Below, one piece after another: positions 1 to 11,351 of a stretch of 64,000 nt of DNA. Source of the DNA: Ramazzottius varieornatus. Lineage: Eukaryota > Animalia > Tardigrada. How positions within the stretch are numbered: position 1 is the stretch's first letter; every line of letters starts with the position of its first letter. Both the position numbers and the translations under genes were made by a program. Under the pieces are notes generated by a model. That model worked only from the letters and a program-made list of their open reading frames with translations. It had not been told where the DNA came from and did not search any database. The stretch covers positions 3,829,046-3,893,045 of the forward strand of contig BDGG01000002.1 in the NCBI GenBank assembly GCA_001949185.1, in the 5' to 3' direction.

Positions 1-1119
1 TGTGGTGCTAATGTGTTAACGTTGCTTTTTCTAGCTTGAACAACTGAAAGCTCAAAGAATTGCTGCTGGAAAGAAGGTCTTGCAGCGTATCTACCATTTT
101 TGTCGTCACGTCGAGCTCAAATCAGAGTTGTTGGACGCGAACGGGAGAGCCAGCTCTTCGATCCGGAAGTCCTTGTAAAAGTGAGTACATGCTTTTCCTT
201 TTGCTTCCTCTATCCACGGTTTACTAACAGAAGGTGCTTTCGATAGCTGACTGAGGAACGGAACAAGATCGAGCAGCTGACGAAAGAGAAACTCGGTACC
301 AGAAATATAAGCTCTGATGAAGAGGTCGATCAGCCTACGGTCGAAGTTCCGGCAGATTTTGTCGTTGAATGTGGCGATACTGGTGGTGAGAAACCAACAG
401 TTATCACAACAACTGTTTCTGAGAAGTTTTCTCAAACATAATCTCTGTCTGGCATTTTGCAGAATGGAATTCAGAGGTTCCCGACGACTCCGACCACGAC
501 CCGCATCACGAAGATGGCGATGAAGCCTCTTCAGAAGAAGCTGTGAGTTCATTCGATCCCGACGACCCCGTGAACTCCAGAAAAGGAACGATCTCCGTTG
601 TTTCACGGTCGCGGGAGTAAAAGAATTTGAGAAATGGTTTGTTGTTCTAGATTTTTGCACGGACGCAGCATTTGCTTCTGACGTGTCCAATTCTTGCAGG
701 ATCCACGATGTGTTCGACTACCGAGTCAGTGGGGTTTTGGAGACGACAGGCATCAAGTTGCTAGTGCGGAAGTAAGTTCTGAAGCTTAATACGGAACTCG
801 CAAGTAGCAATCGTCAGTAGCACTCGTCAGTAGTACAGCGTTCTGATCTCCGTGTTTGATTGCAGGTACTTCAAGGAAAAAGATCTCGTGCAGTACGGAC
901 AGAACATCATGAATACGTGGGGCAATTTATGAGAGGGAAAGCAAAATCCCAGACGAGAAACAAAGACGTTTTTCTTAGTGAAACACGTGAAAGGCAGATT
1001 GAAAGTTCTCGGTTAAAGCCTTATTTTATTGTTAAGTATGTTACGGAAAAACAGAGTTCAAAAGGCTGGTCGATCTTCCTTTGTCGCATATCGTTGATAA
1101 AGAGTAGAACTTTCCATTT

Positions 1120-1657
1120 GTATCGACGGGTTCGACAAGATGGACCACAAACATCAAGTAACCAACCGTCACGAGGAAGGAACTGGAATCGAGGCTATAA
1201 CTGTGGTGGTTACACCGGCGAACAAGGATATCGATAAGGTAAACTTCCGCCTCAGTTTGCACTGCCTCCTTCGATATGACTTACAGATGAAAAATTCACT
1301 CGCCTCTTTCTACTTCCTGTTCATGTTCAGTCCGTGATTTCCGTTTTTCGTAGGTTTCAACAATGGTATGCAGAACCGAAGTCGATTTGACATTGAGGAA
1401 GCCCGCAAAGCTGACTTTGACGTGGAAGCTGCCAAGGGAGAGTTCCGCAATATGGAAATCAGCAAAGGTACTTCATTTTACTATGGTTTTCTTCTTTTCC
1501 AGGTCTTTCTTCGCTTCTTTTGCTTCCCGCCTTGATGGTACGGTGTGTCTGATCCACCTTTCTGGTTGCAGGAGACGAGGCGGACAACGCCACGAGGCAG
1601 TCTGGTAACAAGTCCAAAGGCGGAAGTAAGCATGCCGAAGCAAAGCCTGGCTACAAC
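1120..1657 (+). pseudogene. LSM14/Scd6/Trailer hitch-like gene fragment (RG-rich region + FDF motif), truncated
   Basis: The spliced reading is ...RGRNWNRGYNCGGYTGEQGYR* | exon 1354-1467 FNNGMQNRSRFDIEEARKADFDVEAAKGEFRNMEISK (FDF-like DFD.E.A..EF) | exon from 1572 GDEADNATRQ...AKPGYN. It breaks off where the FFD box would follow. GT-AG junctions are phase-compatible and there is an in-frame stop at 1235-1237. Confidence 0.45.
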
Positions 1658-2051
1658 CTGCAGATACAAAGTGATCTGTTTGGCCTGCTGTTGGTTCAAA
1701 CCGCCATTTTTGTGACCACTACCACCACCATGAAGTTGATGGTTCATGAAGTGGGGGGCGATGTACCGCAGTAAAAGTATCGTGGAACTGTAGCTGTTTG
1801 GTAGCTGGGCAATCAAACTCGACAGGTTCGTTATCTCGAGTAGCGCACCTTTTCAGCCAATAATAATGGAAACAGTGCGCCTAGGGATGACGATCTTGTG
1901 CGTTTCGTTGTTCACAGCTTCCTGTTCCTGCTTGTGTGCAAGTGAGTGAGAGTGGTGGTACTTCCTGTTGTGGTACCGTGTAGCGTGAAGCTTTGTAGTG
2001 TTTTTTTTGTTTCTTTTGTTCGGTACCGTAACCTTGGCTCATGTTTTGCTT

Positions 2052-2450
2052 TACAATATCCGCATCATGGCTTTGCACTACGCTAAGATCTGCGTGAATC
2101 GTCTCTCTCAGCTTTTGAGTCTCGATTCCTTCGAAGTTGAAGAATATATCGGCAAACTGGTAAGTCTAACTATGCGCTTGCACTAGATCAGGAATATCTC
2201 ACTAGACAATAAATGCTCACGGATGAACTTTACAGGTGAGGAAGAAGACCATCTTTGCACGAGTCGACATAACAGACAAGGCACGATCGTTTTCCGGCCG
2301 CAGAAGAACGTCAGTGCTACTCTGTAAAAGTGGGCCGGCGATGTCTCGAAACTAATGGAGTTGATTAATCAGACTAATTATTTGATCAACAAGGAAGAAA
2401 TGGTGTATGGCATGGGACATGCAGTAGCTGCTACTGGTGATCGAGAATAG
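2052..2450 (+). pseudogene. PSMD12: 26S proteasome regulatory subunit Rpn5/PSMD12 C-terminal fragment, pseudogenised
   Basis: Reads YNIRIMALHYAKICVNRLSQLLSLDSFEVEEYIGKL | intron 2160-2235 | VRKKTIFARVD, frameshift near 2270, RQGTIVFRPQKNVSATL*KWAGDVSKLMELINQTNYLINKEEM. This matches the PSMD12 PCI-domain tail (HNIRIMAKYY...TIFAKVDR...HLIAKEEM). There is an in-frame TAA at 2325-2327 and the 5' part of the gene is absent. Confidence 0.85.
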
Positions 2451-3427
2451 TTTCGTCCAATTATTTTTCTAACTAATTTCTGTCTTGTTTGGATTCTATC
2501 GTTATCTTGGATACCTTTTTCTGACCGAGCCGGGCGATTCTTTCTGACACAATGTCATAACATAAAGTTCACTCCTGTGTATACTTGAAACATTGTGTTG
2601 ACTGCACCTTGGTGAATTCTATGGATGGTAGACAAGTATAAATTCAAACTGAAAATTAAGTTATTAACCATCAGTGAAAAGTCCAGACCGCAAGATGGGA
2701 CATCTTTATTGACTCTTGCATGTCCAGAGATTATGATTACAAAACAGCAAACTATTAATCAGTTTTCACATATTCAAAAGGCTTGGGAGGCGAAGGGTCT
2801 TCGTCATCCCCTCAGAACTTTGGACCAGAAGCATCCAATCTCCCCACGATACCTTCCGGGTTCGAACTGGTGACGTCAACTCGTGACGACATACCGTTGG
2901 GCTTCTCTCTCGTACCGTAACGCCCCCTGAAAATCAATTGGCTCCTGTCTGGCGGAGACGGTGGCTTCCGGTAGCAAGGCTAGACACAGAAAAATGGAAA
3001 AACAATTTTGGGCGTCTTTTCCATTTGGAGTCAAAGCGAGCCAATTCTCGTCGGTCGGCCAACCCCACACAGCAACTGAAAATTAGAATTACGTAGACTA
3101 GCGACTGAACTTGCCAACGCCGCTGGCGCCGCGCCAAGAACCCATAGCCGGTCTTCATTGCAGGAAATCGGTTCGCTGCGCTTATGCAGTACACGAACGA
3201 AGAGAGAAATTACATATGTGCAGTATAATTATGGGTCAGTAAAACTGTGGGCCAGGCTGTTTCGCTATGGCGGTACGCAAGCACGTACGTACGCGCCCGA
3301 TTAGCATTAATACTTTTTGGCTATTTTCTACGGTCGAATTTCCATTTTGCGATCTTTTCCGCCTGACAGATAATTTATACTAGTCCATAATTTGTTCTTG
3401 GTGCGTGTGTGTAATACTATGCAGAAA

Positions 3428-3543
3428 GTGCTTGCCTTCTCGTGATTAGATTTGGCTAGCAGTTGTGGACACATTAGTGCAGTTGCAGTGAGTGTCCGCA
3501 TGTACACTAAAGCAAGCAAATTTGATCACAAGAAGGCAAGCGC
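3428..3543 (+). other. Long imperfect inverted repeat / candidate hairpin RNA
   Basis: GTGCTTGCCTTCTCGTGATTAGATTTG (3428) pairs with CAAATTTGATCACAAGAAGGCAAGCGC (to 3543). There is an inner stem TGTGGACAC/GTGTCCGCA. Confidence 0.6.
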
Positions 3544-4629
3544 CTTCTTCATTGTACACCCTGCCCAAGCCAACTTGCCACCACCTGGCATTTCGACGAG
3601 GAAAAATTCAGAATGCTACATTCCCGTTCGTCCTTCCCGTTTCTCCATACAACTTTTCAAGCTGCTTCGACTGAGCTATGATTCGTTCAGTTATGGTGAC
3701 AAGCTGATTGGAAACCTTGACTACTATGACTTCCGGTGGGGAAGACATACCGCCAGGGGGTAAAACGCAGTCTACAAAATTCCATGCTTGAGTTCTTATC
3801 CTGACATTGATGTGAATAAGCATATAACTATTCTAACAGCCGGAAAGAATCGAGACAGACCAAAAAAGGTCCAAGCGAATTTGACAAACGATTTAAAATC
3901 GTCGAATCTGACCGTTTTGCGGGGGAACTCGTTTTCGAAAACAATTCTGAATGTTTTCCAGAACGGTTAATTTGCGGTTCCAGCCACTTTTCTTTTAGTT
4001 TAATGTTTGTGTTAATTGTTTTTGGTGACCGTACCGCGGGATGCCAACGGAAAACTGAGAAACAATTTTTCGAAAACGGACCCAAAAATGACAAAAGCTG
4101 GTGCGTTTTTTACTCAGCACCTCGCTGAGGTTAACGTCAATCATGACTTTCCGTAAACAGAGTTTTTGCCAATAATTTCTCGAGAGGCAGCAAAGAGAAT
4201 GCTAAACCGGGGAAAATTGATTTCGACGTGGAAAACTAATCGAGTCGAGCTGGCCTTGGAGAAATGAGTGGTAGCAAGTTGGCTTGGGCGGGCTGTATAT
4301 GTGTATATGAAATTACAACCCACAAAATCAGTTGAGAATAGAGTAAAGACCACTTGTTTGAAGTTCATATATGGCTAGAGGCGCTGTACCTTCACGAGTG
4401 ACGAGTTCTATTCAGCGGGAAGTATCACGTTGGACTGGAACAAGCACTCGAACAAATTTACAAGCAAGTCGAAGCGTCGATAGTAACAACACGAAACAAA
4501 AATACCAGTAACAGTTGAAAGGAACATCTAAACAAAATGGGCAACCGGGCACTAAATCACGCGGTACATTTCCGCCTCACCTCGATCAGTTCCTGCATGA
4601 ATACACGACTCCGTTCTGGAGCGCATTTC

Positions 4630-6369
4630 TTAGTCTCCCTGCAGAATTAGTTCAAGGTTCTTTTGCGAGTCCCCATCTTTGCTGGTAACTTCAGCCCCGT
4701 CTTCGCTAAGTTTCTGCGCTTTTGTGAAGTAAGTATTCTCGGATAGCGATGAATCCCACTGCGCGACTTCATCGATAAGCCCGGTCAGTTCTTCCTGACT
4801 CACAATCCGTTTTGCTGCCATGTCTACGTTTTTAATCTTTTTCCCGCATCCCAGTCTTTCCACCATCTCAGCATTACCGTGCTGGTCGGCACACATTGGC
4901 TATAAATTGAAGCAGCAGGATTAGTACTCTGGCTCATCCAAAAAGCTAAAAGGTTTCACCGAACAGAGCCACCTATGATGCAGAAAGTACAAGATTGTTC
5001 CCTCGAGTGGCTCACCCTTCCACCCAGTAATAATGAAGATGTGGGCCACTTGAGACAAAGATCCTGTATATGTTGTTTGCCCAGACAAATGACAGCCAAA
5101 TGATCGGAACCTACCCATGCGAGTATTGGTACGCCAAAAGATATTCCTTCCAACGTGCTGTTCCACCCGCAGTGACTGACAAACAGCCGTGTCGCTTTGT
5201 GCTTCAGGATGGTTGTTTGGGGAGCCCATGCCAAAATCAAAAACGGACATCCGGTTGTTTGAAATTGGCTTTTAATTGCTTCTTTAACGCCTTGTGACAA
5301 AGGTGCCTGGTACGCCGATTTGAGCGCCCAGATGAATGGTCGATTCATGGCTCTCAGTGTCTCACAGAGTATCAGAAGTTGATTCTCCTTCGGTGCTAGC
5401 ATCGAACCAAAGGACACGTAAACAACGGATCTTTCCTTTTGCTTGTCAAGCCATCTCGATACTTGAGAGGTTTCTGAGTGCTTCATTGGATCGTCAGGGC
5501 TATGAGCAACAACTGGTCCGACACATCCAATCTTCAGCTTAGTGAACTCCGGGCACAGCTTTAGGACTTCTCCGCGGATGTTCGGTTCGAGCCCGGTGAA
5601 CGAGTTGAACATAAGACCGGTAGCTTTGGCCAAAGACTTACGGATCTTCAAGTACTTATCTTTGAGACCTGCTGGAAGTTGGTCGGTCTTCATTTCTCCC
5701 TTAACATCTTCGTTACCGAGGGCTGTCTGTTCAGTTACTCCAAGGTACTGCATAGCCATGAAACCAGCCATGGGTGAGAACCCAAAGATCGGTATGTTTT
5801 GCTCCACTGCGGCGGTAAATGGCGCGTCGCAGATAAAAACATCGCTGATGATGACGTCGACGGAAGGAATATCAGCAATTCGGCGGGAGTAGCCATTTCT
5901 CGTACTTTTGACAGGCAAGCTGGATATCAAGTCTCTGATCGCAACACTTAATCTGTTGGAAACGAGTACAAGATCATCGGCGGACAAGCATTCGTCATGC
6001 GAACTCTGGATTCCATCTTTCAGGAGAAATAAACGTATCCTCTTCTCGTCAGCCGGTACGACGACATTCCGCTTGTACATATCATCCATCAGGCTCTCCG
6101 ATACAGCGAACGTCACTCTGTGGCCGGCAGCTACGATCCGTCGGGAAAGTTCCAGTAGAGGGGTGACATGTCCAAAAGCGGGATACGAGAAGACCAAGAA
6201 GTGTTTCGCGTCTTGGTCGCTTGATACAATATTGAGCGATGGAGGCTGGAAGAGAATTTTTGGTCGTTACTTAGTAAAAGCTTTTTTTCGAAGAGAAGGA
6301 AACGAAATCAACACTCACGTCCGATCTTGGATGACCTACGTACAAGGTCGTCTGGATGAAGGTATGCAT
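4630..6369 (-). CDS. Soluble plant-type UDP-glycosyltransferase (GT1 family), copy 1
   Basis: Exons are 6369-6319 (tentative first exon, in frame), 6245-5115 and 4899-4630. It has the N-terminal catalytic His motif YPAFGH, an Asp in VIISD, VVYVSFGS, and a full PSPG box WAPQTTILKHKATRLFVSHCGWNSTLEGISFGVPILAW|PMCADQ. There is no signal peptide or C-terminal TM helix. Confidence 0.93.
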
Positions 6370-6885
6370 GATGCTAGCTGGAGGTACCGTACTAGGACAA
6401 ACTCTTCGTTACGGTTTGTGGAAACTTCAGAAAATTCAAAGTAGTTGTCCATAAAGAGCGAAAGGCAAGACTAGTGCGGTCATAGTTGTAGGCCTCTGTT
6501 ATATACAGGCCTCGCTCGCTGCTTGTTTTTTTTTGTTTTGGCATCCTGGCAAGCTTTATTGTTAGGCTCTTCCAAGTAGTACGAAAACAACTTCCATTAT
6601 TGTCATGTGACTCAGCTGTTTGGCGAGAACGAGCAGAAAGATTCAAGCAGAAGACTGAGACACTTTTTTCTGAAGTCTGAACCAGGCATGTGTGGTTCTC
6701 ACGACCCGGAACAAGTTTTGATCATACTACAAAGTCTAGTTCGTAATGAGTCAAGCGCACTACCTGGTAATGTGGCAATGTAGCCATTTTGGTATTAGAT
6801 GAGGTGTGTGCACGCAAAACGCTCAGCACCAAGTTAATAACATGCATATGGAGGAGACGCTCTTACAAGGGAATTATGGCCGTTC

Positions 6886-6960
6886 CTACGTCACGAGCTA
6901 CGTCACGAGCTACGTCACGAGCTACGTCACGAGCTACGTCACGAGCTACGTCACGAGCTA
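6886..6960. repeat. 12-bp tandem repeat (CTACGTCACGAG) x6
   Basis: Six exact copies plus CTA, read directly. Confidence 0.95.
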
Positions 6961-7047
6961 TGCGTAGGCATCTTAGGCTTCATGACGTGGCCGTGACGTA
7001 TATGAGCAAAGTTGCAGGCTGAGCAACGTAAGACCTCGCTCCTCGTA
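6951..7047. mobile_element. Solo terminus of the TA-CGAGG family A DNA transposon
   Basis: TCACGAGCTATGCGTAGGC...GAGCAACGTAAGACCTCGCTCCTCG-TA closely matches 44861-44957. Confidence 0.8.
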
Positions 7048-8373
7048 GCGATGACGCATTAACAGCACGCTGACGTAACATTCTTTCATTGGAGGTTTTG
7101 ATAAACATCTGATCTACCTGATGTATCGGCAGGATGCCATTCCGCCTGCACTTGCGTAATGTAGCACTTCGTACTGTACAATTCGGACAAACAGCGAGAT
7201 GAAAAAAGCCTGTCAGCTGATCATCTGGGTGTCAATCAAAGCTTTTAGGCTGCGCTACGTAACTTAAGTCAACCCTAGTTTATAACCCGACACGTGACTG
7301 ATGACGTCACGGCTAGGAACGAACATTAGAAAGATGCTTGAAAAAGACGAGCTTGGACAATCAAATTTCACTGTGATATTCACGTGCTTGATTGAATCGG
7401 GTTAACCGTTTATGCTAGTTAACTGTTAACCGTTAACCCAGCACCTACCCCGTTCGTGACGTCTCCAGTCACGTATGCAAAAGCTGGTTGTCAACCAGGG
7501 TTTTTGACTCCCGTTTAATTATCGTTTTTGACGCCCATTATCGACGGTTGATTTTTTGGTACACTGTACTATTTAGGGAGCACGTTTTGATAACACATGC
7601 CTGTACATAACGGTTTCTCAGACCGGCGGCCGATAGTTCTGCGTAAAAATTTACGTCGGGATTCTTCGTTCGGAAAGAAAGTTCGTGGGTCGTCTCGTTC
7701 AGTACGTAGTATACGGATTGAGGCTGCTGGTGCTAGTCTAGGGTCTAGCCAACCTGCAGGATTTGAGTCTATTTACCAATGTCAGAGACCGTAAACTTTA
7801 AACACGCAGCTGTTTGTGGTGGGAGATTGTGCCATTTTTCCGTCAATCTCGGAAAAAGCATCTAATTATTCATACAGCCCGTACCCATCACGTCCAGCGA
7901 TACTCCGATTGGTTTTCTGCCGGACAAAAATCTACTCAAGCAGAAAAGAGATATCTGTACCTTCGATACTGGTGTCTTTAGATTAAAATCTGGAAGGAGT
8001 GGGTCGGTGGGAAAATCAAAACACGCAGCAACAGAACGACATGAATTAGGAAAGAAGTAAAGCAAGCTAGCTGCGAAGGCTGTGAAGGAAGAGGAGGCGG
8101 TCCGTCTCCGACTATAATGATAGGAGCTGCATCGAAATCTAACCCCTTCATTCCTGGTACTACCCTAATGCGAGGTGAGCCGAGTTATATCGAAGGCGAC
8201 GTCGGTTTATTTTGAAACCACTGGCAGTAAACTAGCGAATGGACCTGGTATAACAACTGTAAACGCACGTGTGTACGCGTACGTTTGCAAACCTTAAGAA
8301 CTTTCAGAGAAGATGAGAGTGGAGAAGGGGAGAAGGTAGAGGTCCATCCATGAACTTTGACGACCAAGCGTGG

Positions 8374-8800
8374 TCACGAAATTGCAGCTACGCGCGGCGT
8401 TCTCGACTTATCGTCGACGTAGGGAAGGTAGCAGTCACTGCGCCAGTTCCCTTGACGTTTCAAGAAAGCTGAGGAGATCCCGGTGGTGGGCGCCATAGGT
8501 GGCGCCACCATAGCGAAAGGAATGGAGTACGATGCGAGTCACATCACTACCGGACCAGCGGAGCGTTTTTCAAACTCCCTTTGTGAAGAGCGGAGGTGTA
8601 AGGGGTCTCCGTTGATGCTTGTGGTGACAGGAGAGAACAGGCGTGGATGAGGAGCAACGTTTCGGATTCGACAGCAGGGCAGAGAGTTCGCTCGGAGTTT
8701 GGGCAGCTGGACCTGATGGCGATTGTCGGCGGAATGGTTTGTACGAAGGCGGACCTTCATACACAGTGACCAGCTTGGCCGGTCTTGCTCGCACGCAGTC
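8374..8800 (-). mobile_element. DIRS/Ngaro-type tyrosine-recombinase retroelement remnant (decayed YR domain)
   Basis: The minus strand reads RPLTPPLFTKGV*KTLRWSGSDVTRIVLHSFRYGGATYGA, frameshift, GISSAFLKRQGNWRSDCYLPYV. These are the HSxRxGxAT and GxWxSxxYxxY boxes of YR integrases. Confidence 0.8.
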
Positions 8801-11006
8801 CGACCCACCGGGCTACGCCGGAAGAAATACCGTAGAATTTCTTAGTCATACGGTTTGGCCGTGGCCTTGTTGGTGTGACGGGCATACCCGTTCCTCTACC
8901 CCTCTCTTTCTGCCGGTCTTTCTGCCTGTATAAATACCAGGCGCGGTACTAGATGACAACGCCCGTTTACAGAGATTAAAATCACAAAAACCGTGGCAAG
9001 AATTTGAATTACTGTTGAAAGCCGCATTTGAATTCATCGTAAGAAAGAGATAATCTGGTCAAGGTGAGGTACCAGACATTACTTCTACGCGAGGGATTTT
9101 GATCAGTCGTAATTGCAGTTGAAATCGGAAGAGTCATGTGGCAAAAACACTGGCGGGAATACCAGCAGCAGTGGTGGACGTGAAGTCTTGCATTGGCCAA
9201 ATAGTCGACTTCATAGTGGTTCGTTCCAACACTATGATCAGCACCCTGGTGGAAGTGGGTTGTACGTAGGTTGCCGTTGTCGGTACGGAGCGGTTGCCCA
9301 ACCAAAGAACCTGTTGAGTAAGCCCACTTAGATATGATTTGCGCTTGCACACCAGCTGGCGATTCCACAACGAAATTCAATTAATACTGTGAAAACTTAC
9401 CGACGGAGTCGGGATTATCGAGTTGAAGCCTTACAGTCGAGACATGACCGAGACAAGGCAATTGTCCGAAAGACCTGACTGGGTCAGAACACGTCCCTCA
9501 ATCACCGGCAGCTGTTCTATCAAAACGCTCATCGCAAGTAGCTTCCGGGAACCAGGGGCACAAAGCTACAAATCCGTTCTAAACACCTTGAGTTAACACC
9601 TTGAGCACGGGGCGGGAAACTCACTTTCCCGGCGCACACTCATTTGTGCGTAGCGAGTTTCCAGTTTACCTTTTGCTCCCCGTTTTTTTCCGTTTGCCCG
9701 GACAATCAACCCTTCTTGAAACTAAAACTAGCGGCCACTGGACACTGGCTCTGAAAACCTGTGTGGAATTTTTTTCCTCTTTTAACGGGATTTCGGCGTA
9801 GCCAGCAAATTAGTTTCCAGCCAGGCTCTCAGTTAGTACAGAGCCATCAAAATAATTGTTGCGCGAGCCCAAACATTTTAGCATCTTTTGACAGTTTCAG
9901 ATTCGTGGAAAGATCTGCCCAGTGGTCATTAAAATAACTTTGAAGCCTGGCCGTTTTGAGTTGGCAGGTGGCGCACTCTACATCATATTCCAAAAATTTG
10001 GCCAATCGATGAGGTAGTGATTGGTCTAATTTGGTACCGCCGCCAAGTTTTAACCAGTCAAAACAAGGCGAAAGTGACTTTCCCGCATCGTATTCTGAAA
10101 GCACGAAATCGCGCAGTGCTCAAGGTGTTAATTGTCTTGACCGTGTGGTCCTTTTAAACTTTCGGCATTGCTTCCGGGTCCATCTGCTTGCGAATGTCGT
10201 TGCCATCGGCAAGTGGCGCCTCCGCAGAGTTTATGAGCCAGCCGTTACCGAGAACACGGCCACTTGAACGTTCTTACCAGGACGGGAATGTCTTTACTGG
10301 TCAAATCTTTGACCAAGACATCGACAACTGGCATGTCGAGCTGACTGGGAGGAGGAAGTTGCAAGATGAAGTTTTTGGCTGTGTCGCACATTTTATTCGT
10401 GGAGTAAAACATTGTTTCGGACGATATGTCCGCATCAAAGGTGTTGCGCCGGATACCGTCCTTCAATCCAGTCCGAGGAAGCGAATGCTGTCTTCGTCAG
10501 ACGGCGAGATCGATCATCTTGCAAGTGAGCATGCATGCCTTCTGCAAGGTTTTCCGAAGCCTTGTCACGGGTACGTAACGATGCGTCACTTTGACCATGG
10601 ACGATCTGTTGATTGCTTGATTGAAAGGTTCCTGGGGTTGTTCACCAGCGCGCTTCGTAACAGCCTCGAACATCGCCCGTTGGACAACTGCCACCACATG
10701 ATCGCGAAACGCCAGGAGATACGTGATATGGCCAAATCAGGGTCACGAGAGTGACGAGGACCACGACAGGGTGATTGGACATGTATAGAACATTCTGGGG
10801 TCTATCTTTGGCTGAGGATAACACATCTTACCTTCATTAAAAGTGGCTGGATTGGTATGAACTGAATCCACTCGTATGACACCGTAAAGGGTGAATCTTT
10901 GAAACTGACACGACATTCGCTGCGAGGTGCGATTTTACTGAAATGTTTTGCCAGTAAGAAGAAAAGTTAACTGAGGCCCAAACCCGTGTCGTAAAAAACC
11001 CCGCAA

Positions 11007-11129
11007 TACTGTATTCCCCAGAAAATTTCGCGCAGTCACGTGACAGGCTTATAAATGTTGTTAATAGCCCTCTGGGACATTTTATGGGCCTGTCACGTCA
11101 CTGGGCGAAACTTTCGAGGGAATACAGTA
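11007..11129. mobile_element. Palindromic MITE (~120 bp), TA-flanked, Tc1/mariner-like ends
   Basis: TA-CTGTATTCCC...CACGTGACAGGC pairs with GCCTGTCACGTC...GGGAATACAG-TA over about 50 bp. Confidence 0.75.
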
Positions 11130-11351
11130 ACTCCACGGCCTAAATAAAAACTGCCAATGAATCCGACATCGAAGCAGGTCAATACAGCTAGCTAACTTAG
11201 GATGTGGCGTTTACTCACTCCGGCAACCCACTTGCACTTTAGCAAAAGATGACGGCGCGGTTCTCCAAAAATGTATCCAGTTTAAGTATCTTTACTGCTA
11301 AGTAATTCGCGGAAACATTAGATTGCATTAGATTGCCAACATTGCATAACA

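Noticed and set aside
106-690. 194-aa minus-strand ORF
   Set aside because: No recognisable motif. Splice signals and exon-like pieces lie on the plus strand, so it is probably a shadow ORF.
6886-6960. CRISPR-like array
   Set aside because: The repeats are contiguous without spacers and the context is eukaryotic.
9847-10824. Broken minus-strand ORFs between the UGTs
   Set aside because: Probably decayed TE or gene sequence, but I could not assign a family or a consistent frame.
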